NCBI GenBank assembly: GCA_964016885.1
Contig: OZ024744.1
Coordinates: forward strand, 105,090,001-105,154,000
DNA length: 64,000 nt
Reading direction: 5' to 3'
Source: Eledone cirrhosa
Lineage: Eukaryota
A program made the translations under genes and the position numbers. Shown in pieces: positions 1-10,329 of this stretch; the stretch's first letter is position 1, and each line of letters opens with the position of its first letter. The notes beneath the pieces were generated by a model that worked only from the letters and a program-made list of their open reading frames with translations, was not told the DNA's origin and did not search any database.

Positions 1-3000
1 AGTTGTATGCCGTCTATGACTAGTCTGTGTCTATGGTTGTATGCCATCTATGACTAGTCTGTGTCTACGGTTGTATGCCGTCTATGACTAGTCTATGTGT
101 ACGGTTGTATGCCGTCTATGACTAGTCTGTGTGTACGGCTGTATGCCGTCTATGACTAGTCTGTGTCTACGGTTGTATGGCGTCTGTGACTAGTCTGTGT
201 CTACGGTTGTATGCCGTCTATGACTAGTCTGTGTCTACGGTTGTATGCCGTCTATGACTAGTCTGTGTCTACGGTTGTATGCCGTCTATAACTAATCTGT
301 GTCTACGGTTGTATGCTGTCTATGACTAGTCTGTGTCTACGGTTGTATGCCGCCTATGACGAGTCTGTTTCTACGGTTGTATGCCGTCTATGACTAGTCT
401 GTGTCTACAGTTGTATGCCGTCTATGACTAGTCTGTGTCTACGGTTGTATGCAGTCTATGACTAGTCTGTGTCTACAGTTGTATGCCGTCTATGACTAGT
501 CTATGTGTACGGTTGTATGCCGTCTATGACTAGTCTGTGTCTACGGTTGTATGCCGTCTATGACTAGTCTATGTTTACGGTTGTATGCCGTCTATGACTA
601 GTCTGTGTCTACGGTTGTATGCCGTCTATAACTTGTCTGTGTCTACGGTTGTATGCCGTCTATGACTAGTCTGTGTCTACGGTTGTATGCCGTCTATGAC
701 TAGTCTGTGTGTACGGTTGTATGCCGTCTATGACTAGTCTGTGTCTACTGTTGTATGCCGTATATGGCTAGTCTGTGTGTACGGTTGTATGCAGTCTATG
801 ACTAGTCTGTGTCTACGGTTGTATGCCATCTATGACTAGTCTGTGTCTACGGTTGTATGCCGCCTATGACTAGTCTGTGTCTACTGTTGTATGCCGTCTA
901 TGACTAGTTTGTGTCTACGGTTGTATACCGTCTATGACTAGTCTGTGTCTACGGTTGTATGCCGTCTATGACTAGTCTGTGTCTACTGCTGTATGCCGTC
1001 TATGACTAGTCTGTGTGTACGGTTGTATGCCGTCTATGACTAGTCTGTGTCTACGGTTGTATGCCGTCTATGACTAGTCTGTGTGTACGGTTGTATGCCG
1101 TCTATGACTAGTCTGATCCACGGTTGTATGCCGTCTATGACTAGTCTGTGTCTTCGGTTGTATGCCGTCTATGACTAGTCTGTGTCTACGGTTGTATGCC
1201 GTCTATGACTAGTCTGTGTCTACAGTTGTATGCCGTCTATGACTAGTCTGTGTCTATGGTTGTATGCCATCTATGACTAGTCTGTGTCTACAGTTGTATG
1301 CCGTCTATGACTAGTCTGTGTCTACGGTTGTATGCCGTCTATGACTAGTCTGTGTGTACGGTTGTATGCCGTCTATGACTAGTCTGTATGTACGGTTGTA
1401 TGCCGTCTATGACTAGTCTGTGTCTACGGTTGTATGCCATCTATGACTAGTATGTGTGTACGGTTGTATGCCGTCTATGACTACTCTGTGTCTACGGTTG
1501 TATGCCGTCTATGACTAGTCTGTGTCTACGGTTGTATGCCGTCTATGACTAGTCTGTGTCTACGGTTGTATGCCGTCTATGACTAGTCTGTGTCTACTGT
1601 TGTATGCCGTCTATGACTAGTCTGTGTCTACAGTTGTATGCCGTCTATGACTAGTCTGTGTCTACAGTTGTATGCCGTCTATGACTAGTCTGTGTCTACA
1701 GTTGTATGCCGTCTATGACTAGTCTGTGTCTACAGTTGTATGCCGTCTATGTCTAGTCTGTGTCTACAGTTGTATGCCGTCTATGACTAGTCTGTGTCTA
1801 CGGTTGAATGCCGTCTATGACTAGTCTGTGTCTACGGTTGTATGCCGTCTATGACTAGTCTGTGTCTACTGTTGTATGCCGTCTATGACTAGTCTGTGTC
1901 TACGGTTGAATGCCGTCTATGACTAGTCTGTGTCTACGGTTGTATGCCGTCTATGACTAGTCTGTGTCTACGGTTGTATGCCGTCTATGACTAGTCTGTG
2001 TCTACAGTTGTATGCCGTATATCACTAGTCTGTGTCTACGGTTGTATGCCGTCTATGACTAGTCTGTGCCTTCAGTTGTATGCCGTCTATGACTAGTCTG
2101 TGTCTACAGTTGTATGCCGTATATGACTAGTCTGTGTCTACTGTTGTATGCCGTATATGACTAGTCTGTGTCTACGGTTGTATGCTGTCTATGAGTAGTC
2201 TGTGTCTACTGTTGTATGCCGTCTATGACTAGTCTGTGTCTACGGTTGTATGCCGTCTATGACTAGTCTGTGTCTACTGTTGTATGCCGTCTATGACTAG
2301 TCTGTGTCTACGGTTGTATACCGTCTATGACTAGTCTGATCCACGGTTGTATGCCGTCTATGACTAGTCTGTGTCTACAGTTGTATGCCGTCTATGACTA
2401 GTCTGTGTCTATGGTTGTATGCCATCTATGACTAGTCTGTGTCTACAGTTGTATGCCGTCTATGACTAGTCTATGTGTACGGTTGTATGCCGTCTATGAC
2501 TAGTCTGTGTGTACGGCTGTATGCCGTCTATGACTAGTCTGTGTCTACGGTTGTATGGCGTCTGTGACTAGTCTGTGTCTACGGTTGTATGCCGTCTATG
2601 ACTAGTCTGTGTCTACGGTTGTATGCCGTCTATGACTAGTCTGTGTCTACGGTTGTATGCCGTCTATAACTAATCTGTGTCTACGGTTGTATGCTGTCTA
2701 TGACTAGTCTGTGTCTACGGTTGTATGCCGCCTATGACGAGTCTGTTTCTACGGTTGTATGCCGTCTATGACTAGTCTGTGTCTACAGTTGTATGCCGTC
2801 TATGACTAGTCTGTGTCTACGGTTGTATGCAGTCTATGACTAGTCTGTGTCTACAGTTGTATGCCGTCTATGACTAGTCTATGTGTACGGTTGTATGCCG
2901 TCTATGACTAGTCTGTGTCTACGGTTGTATGCCGTCTATGACTAGTCTATGTTTACGGTTGTATGCCGTCTATGACTAGTCTGTGTCTACGGTTGTATGC

Positions 3001-3940
3001 CGTCTATAACTTGTCTGTGTCTACGGTTGTATGCCGTCTATGACTAGTCTGTGTCTACGGTTGTATGCCGTCTATGACTAGTCTGTGTGTACGGTTGTAT
3101 GCCGTCTATGACTAGTCTGTGTCTACTGTTGTATGCCGTATATGGCTAGTCTGTGTGTACGGTTGTATGCAGTCTATGACTAGTCTGTGTCTACGGTTGC
3201 ATGCCATCTATGACTAGTCTGTGTCTACGGTTGTATGCCGCCTATGACTAGTCTGTGTCTACTGTTGTATGCCGTCTATGACTAGTTTGTGTCTACGGTT
3301 GTATACCGTCTATGACTAGTCTGTGTCTACGGTTGTATGCCGTCTATGACTAGTCTGTGTCTACTGCTGTATGCCGTCTATGACTAGTCTGTGTGTACGG
3401 TTGTATGCCGTCTATGACTAGTCTGTGTCTACGGTTGTATGCCGTCTATGACTAGTCTGTGTGTACGGTTGTATGCCGTCTATGACTAGTCTGATCCACG
3501 GTTGTATGCCGTCTATGACTAGTCTGTGTCTTCGGTTGTATGCCGTCTATGACTAGTCTGTGTCTACGGTTGTATGCCGTATATGACTAGTCTGTGTCTA
3601 CAGTTGTATGCCGTCTATGACTAGTCTGTGTCTATGGTTGTATGCCATCTATGACTAGTCTGTGTCTACAGTTGTATGCCGTCTATGACTAGTCTGTGTC
3701 TACGGTTGTATGCCGTCTATGACTAGTCTGTGTGTACGGTTGTATGCCGTCTATGACTAGTCTGTATGTACGGTTGTATGCCGTCTATGACTAGTCTGTG
3801 TCTACGGTTGTATGCCATCTATGACTAGTATGTGTGTACGGTTGTATGCCGTCTATGACTACTCTGTGTCTACGGTTGTATGCCGTCTATGACTAGTCTG
3901 TGTCTACGGTTGTATGCCGTCTATGACTAGTCTGTGTCTA
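1..3940. repeat. Higher-order duplication, period 2,378 bp (70 monomers): ~1-1560 repeated at ~2379-3940
   Basis: Rare variants recur in the same order at the same offset: GACGAG at 358 and 2736; ACTCTGTG at 1483 and 3861; TATAACTAATC and TGGCGTCTGTG are also paired. 2378 = 70x34 minus two 33-bp GATCC monomers. Confidence 0.9.
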
Positions 3941-6900
3941 CAGTTGTATGCCGTCTATGACTAGTCTGTGTCTACGGTTGTATGCCGCCTATGACTAGAC
4001 TGATCCACGGTTGTATGCCGTCTATGACTAGTCTGTGTCTTCGGTTGTATGCCGTCTATGACTAGTCTGTGTCTACGGTTGTATGCCGTCTATGACTAGT
4101 CTGTGTCTACAGTTGTATGCCGTCTATGACTAGTCTGTGTCTACGGTTGTATGCCGTCTATGACTATTCTGTGTCTATGGCTGTATGCCGTCTATGACTA
4201 GTCTGTGTCTACGGTTGTATGCCGTCTATGACTAGTCTGATCCACGGTTGTATGCCGTCTATGACTAGTCTGATCCACGGTTGTATGCCGTCTATGACTA
4301 GTCTGTGTCTTCAGTTGTATGCCGTTTATGACTAGTCTGTGTCTACGGTTGTATGCCGTCTATGACTAGTCTGTGTCTACGGTTGTATGCCGTCTCTGAC
4401 TAGTCGGTGTGTACAGTTGTATGCCGTCTATGACTAGTCTGTGTCTACGGTTGTATGCCGTCTATGACTAGTCTGTGTCTACAGTTGTATGCCGTCTATG
4501 ACTGGTCTGTGCCTACGGTTGTATGCCGTCTATGACTAGTCTGTGTCTACAGTTGTATGCCGTCTATGACTAGTCTGTGTCTATGGTTGTATGCCATGTA
4601 TGACTAGTCTGTGTCTACAATTGTATGCCGTCTATGACTAGTCTGTGTCTACGGTTGTATGCCGTCTATGACTAGTCTGTGTGTACGGTTGTATGCCGTC
4701 TATGACTAGTCTGTGTGTACGGTTGTATGCCGTCTATGACTAGTCTGTGTCTACGGTTGTATGCCGTCTATGACTAGTCTGTGTCTACGGTTGTATGCCG
4801 TCTATGACTAGTCTGTGTCTACAGTTGTATGCCGTCTATGACTAGTCTGTGTCTACGGTTGTATGCCGTCTATGACTAGTCTGTGTCTACGGTTGTATGC
4901 CGTCTATGACTAGTCTGTGTCTACGGTTGTATGCCGTCTATGACTAGTCTGTGTCTACGGTTGTATGCCGTCTATGACTAGTCTGTGTCTACAGTTGTAT
5001 GCCGTCTATGACTAGTCTGTGTCTACGGTTGTATGCCGTCTATGACTAGTCTGTGTGTACGGTTGTATGCCGTCTATGACTAGTCTGTGTCTACAGTTGT
5101 ATGCCGTCTATGACTAGTCTGTGTCTACGGTTGTATGCCATCTATGACTAGTCTGTGTGTACGGTTGTATGCCGTCTATGACTAGTCTGTGTCTACGGTT
5201 GTATGCAGTCTATGACTAGTCTGTGTCTACAGTTGTATGCCGTCTATGACTAGTCTATGTGTACGGTTGTATGCCGTCTATGACTAGTCTCTGTCTACGG
5301 TTGTATGCCGTCTATGACTAGTCTATGTTTACGGTTGTATGCCGTCTATGACTAGTCTGTGTCTACGGTTGTATGCCGTCTATGACTTGTCTGTGTCTAC
5401 GGTTGTATGCCATCTATGACTAGTCTGTGTCTACGGTTGTATGCCGTCTATGACTAGTCTGTGTGTACGGTTGTATGCCGTCTATGACTAGTCTGTGTCT
5501 ACTGTTGTATGCCGTATATGACTAGTCTGTGTGTACGGTTGTATGCAGTCTATGACTAGTCTGTGTCTACGGTTGTATGCCATCTATGACTAGTCTGTGT
5601 CTACGGTTGTATGCCGCCTATGACTAGTCTGTGTCTCCTGTTGTATGCCGTCTATGACTAGTTTGTGTCTACGGTTGTATACCGTCTATGACTAGTCTGT
5701 GTCTACGGTTGTATGCCGTCTATGACTAGTCTGTGTCTACTGCTGTATGCCGTCTATGACTAGTCTGTGTGTACGGTTGTATGCCGTCTATGACTAGTCT
5801 GTGTCTACGGTTGTATGCCGTCTATGACTAGTCTGTGTGTACGGTTGTATGCCGTCTATGACTAGTCTGTGTCTACGGTTGTATGCCGTCTATGACTAGT
5901 CTGATCCACGGTTGTATGCCGTCTATGACTAGTCTGTGTCTACGGTTGTATGCCGTCTATGACTAGTCTGTGTGTACGGTTGTATGCCGTCTATGACTAG
6001 TCTGTGTCTACGGTTGTATGCAGTCTATGACTAGTCTGTGTCTACAGTTGTATGCCGTCTATGACTAGTCTATGTGTACGGTTGTATGCCGTCTATGACT
6101 AGTCTCTGTCTACGGTTGTATGCCATCTATGACTAATCTGTGTCTACAGTTGTATGCCGTCTATGACTAGTCTGTGTCTACGGTTGTATGCCATCTATGA
6201 CTAGTCTGTGTGTACGGTTGTATGCCGTCTATGACTAGTCTGTGTGTACGGTTGTATGCCGTCTATGACTAGTCTGTGTCTACGGTTGTATGCCATCTAT
6301 GACTAGTATGTTTGTACGGTTGTATGCCGTCTATGACTAGTCTGTGTCTACGGTTGTATGCCGTCTATGACTAGTCTGTGTCTACGGTTGTATGCCGTCT
6401 ATGACTAGTCTGTGTCTACAGTTGTATGCCGTCTATGACTAGTCTGTGTCTACGGTTGTATGCCGTCTATGACTAGTCTGATCCACGGTTGTATGCCGTC
6501 TATGACTAGTCTGTGTCTTCGGTTGTATGCCGTCTATGACTAGTCTGTGTCTACGGTTGTATGCCGTCTATGACTAGTCTGTGTCTAGAGTTGTATGCCG
6601 TCTATGACTAGTCTGTGTGTACGGTTGTATGCCGTCTATGACTAGTCTGTGTGTACGGTTGTATGCCGTCTATGACTAGTTTGTGTCTACGGTTGTATGC
6701 CATCTATGACTAGTCTGTGTGTACAGTTGTATGCCGTCTATGACTAGTCTGTGTCTACGGTTGTATGCCGTCTATGACTAGTCTGTGTCTACGGTTGTAT
6801 GCCGTCTATGACTAGTCTGTGTCTACAGTTGTATGCCGTCTATGACTAGTCTGTGTCTACGGTTGTATGCCGTCTATGACTAGTCTGTGTGTACGGTTGT

Positions 6901-9900
6901 ATGCCGTCTATGACTAGTCTGTGTCTACAGTTGTATGCCGTCTATGACTAGTCTGTGTCTACGGTTGTATGCCGTCTATGACTAGTCTGTGTCTACGGTT
7001 GTATGCCGTCTATGACTAGTCTGTGTCTACGGTTGTATGCTGTCTATGACTAGTCTGTGTCTACTGCTGTATGCAGTCTATGACTAGTCTGTGTCTACGG
7101 TTGTATGCAGGCTATGACTAGTCATTGTCTACGGTTGTATACCGTCTATGACTAGTCTGTGTGTACGGTTGTATGCCGTCTATGACTAGTCTGTGTCTAC
7201 GGTTTATGCCGTCTATGACTAGTCTGTGTGTACGGTTGTATGCCGTCTCTGACTAGTCTGTGTCTACGGTTGTATGCCGTCTATGACTAGTCTGTGTGTA
7301 CGGTTGTATGCCGTCTATGACTAGTCTGTGTCTACGGTTGTATGCCGTCTATGACTAGTCTGATCCACGGTTGTATGCCGTCTATGACTAGTCTGTGTCT
7401 ACGGTTGTATGCCGTCTATGACTAGTCTGTGTCTACAGTTGTATGCCGTTTATGACTAGTCTGTGTCTACAGTTGTATGCCGTCTATGACTAGTCTGTGT
7501 GTACGGTTGTATGCCGTTTATGACTAGTCTGTGTGTACGGTTGTATGCCGTCTATGACTAGTCTGTGTGTACGGTTGTATGCCGTTTATGACTAGTGTGT
7601 GTCTACGGTTGTATGCCGTCTATGACTAGTCTGTGTCTACGGTTGTATGCCATCTATGACTAGTCTGAGTCTACGATTGTATGCCGTCTATGACTAGTCT
7701 GTGTTTACGGTTGTATGCCGTCTATGACTAGTCTGTGTCTACGGTTGTATGCCGTCTATGACTAGTCTGTGTGTACGGTTGTATGCCGTCTATGACTAGT
7801 CTGTGTCTACAGTTGTATGCCGTCTCTGACTAGTCTGTGTCTACGGTTGTATGCCGTCTATGACTAGTCTGTGTCTACGGTTGTATGCCGTCTATGACTA
7901 GTCTGTGTCTACGGTTGTATGCCGTCTATGACTAGTCTGTGTCTACAGTTGTATGCCGTCTCTGACTAGTCTGTGTCTACGGTTGTATGCCGTCTATGAC
8001 TAGTCTGTGTGTACGGTTGTATGCCGTCTATGACTAGTCTGTGTGAACGATTGTATGCCATCTATGACTAGTCTGTGTGTACGGTTGTATGCCGTCTATG
8101 ACTAGTCTGTGGCTACGGTTGTATGCCATCTATGACTAGTCTGTGTGTACGGTTGTATGCAGTCTATGACTAGTCTGTGTCTACAGTTGTATGCCGTCTA
8201 TGACTAGTCTGAGTCTACGGTTGTATGCAGTCTATGACTAGTCTGTGTGCACGGTTGTATGCCGTCTATGACTAGTCTGTGTCTACGGTTGTATGCCGTC
8301 TATGACTAGTCTGTGTCTACAGTTGTATGCCGTCTATGACTAGTCTGTGTCTACGGTTGTATGCCGTCTATGACTAGTCTGTGACTACAGTTGTATGCCG
8401 TCTATGACTAGTGTGTGTCTACGGTTGTATACCGTCTATGACTAGTCTGTGTCTACGGTTGTATGCCGTCTATGACTAGTCTGTGTGTACGGTTGTATGC
8501 CGTCTATGACTAGTCTGTGTCTACGGTTGTATGCCGTCTATGACTAGTCTGTGTCTACGGTTGTATTCGGTGTATGACTAGTCTGTGTCTACGGTTGTAT
8601 GCCGTCTATGACTAGTCTGTGTGTACGGTTGTATACCGTCCATGACTAGTCTGAGTCTACGGTTGTATGCCGTCTATGAATAGTCTGTGTGTACGGTTGT
8701 ATGCCGTCTATGACTAGTCTGTGTCTACGGTTGTATGCCGTCTATGACTAGTCTGTGTGTACGGTTGTATGCCGTCTATGACTAGTCTGTGTATACGGTT
8801 GTATGCCGTCTATGACTAGTCTGTGTCTACGGTTGTATGCCGTCTATGACTAGTCTGTGTCTACAGTTGTATGCCGTCTATGACTAGTCTGTGTCTACGG
8901 TTGTATGCCGTCTATGACTAGTCTGTGTCTACAGTTGTATGCCGTCTCTGACTAGTCTGTGTCTACGGTTGTATGCCGTCTATGACTAGTCTGTGTCTAC
9001 GGTTGTATGCCGTCTATGACTAGTCTGTGTCTACGGTTGTATGCCGTCTATGACTAGTCTGTGGCTACGGTTGTATGCCATCTATGACTAGTCTGTGTGT
9101 ACGGTTGTATGCCGTCTATGACTAGTCTGTGTCTACAGTTGTATGTCGTCTATGACTTCTCTGTGTCTACGGTTGTATGCTGTCAATGACTAGTCTGTGT
9201 CTACGGTTGTATGCCGTCTATGACTAGTATGTGTCTACGGTTGTATGCCGTCTATGACTAGTCTGTGTGTACGGTTGTATGCAGTCTATGACTAGTCTGT
9301 GTCTACTGTTGTATGCCGTCTATGACTAGGCTGTGTGTACGGTTGTATGCAGTCTATGACTAGTCTGTGTCTACGGTTGTATGCCGTCTATGACTAGTCT
9401 GTGCGTACGGTTGTATGCAGTCTATGACTAGTCTGTGTCTACGGTTGTATGGCGTCTATGACTAGTCTGTGTCTACAGTTGTATGCCATCTATGACTAGT
9501 CTGTGTGTACGGTTGTATGCAGTCTATGACTAGTCTGTGTCTACAGTTGTATGCCGTATATGACTAGTCTGAGTCTACGGTTGTATGCAGTCTATGACTA
9601 GTCTGTGTGTACGGTTGTATGCCGTCTATGACTAGTCTGTGTCTACGGTTGTATGCCGTCTATGACTAGTCTGTGTCTACAGTTGTATGCCGTCTATGAC
9701 TAGTCTGTGTCTACGGTTGTATGCCGTCTATGACTAGTCTGTGTGTACGCTTGTATGCCGTCTATGACTAGTCTGTGTCTACGGTTGTATGCCATCTATG
9801 ACTAGTCTGTGTGTACGGTTGTATGCCGTCTATGACTAGTGTGTGTCTACAGTTGTATGCCGTCTATGACTAGTCTGTGTCTACGGTTGTATGCTGTCTA

Positions 9901-10329
9901 TGACTAGTCTGTGTCTACGGTTGTATGCCGTCTATGACAAGTCTGTGTCTACGGTTGTATGCCGTCTATGACTAGTCTGTGTCTACGGTTGTATGCCGTC
10001 TATGACAAGTCTGTGTCTACGGTTGTATGCCGTCTATGACTGGTCTGTGTCTACAGTTGTATGCCGTCTATGACTAGTCTGTGTCTTCGGTTATATGCCC
10101 TCTATGACTAGTCTGTGTCTACGGTTGTATGCCGTCTATGACTAGTCTGTGTCTACAGTTGTATGCCGTCTATGACTAGTCTGTGTCTACGGTTGTATGC
10201 CGTCTATGACTAGTCTGTGTGTACGGTTGTATGCAGTCTATGACTAGTCTGTGTCTACGGTTCTATGCCGTCTATGACTAGTCTGTGTGTACGCTTGTAT
10301 GCCGTCTATGACTAGTCTGTGTCTACGGT

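Noticed and set aside
7-57. Repeated + strand mini-ORF, consensus MPSMTSLCLRLYAVYD*
   Set aside because: Automatic consequence of the repeat. TGA and TAG in each monomer plus a period not divisible by 3 close every frame within about two monomers. No expression signals or codon-level constraint.
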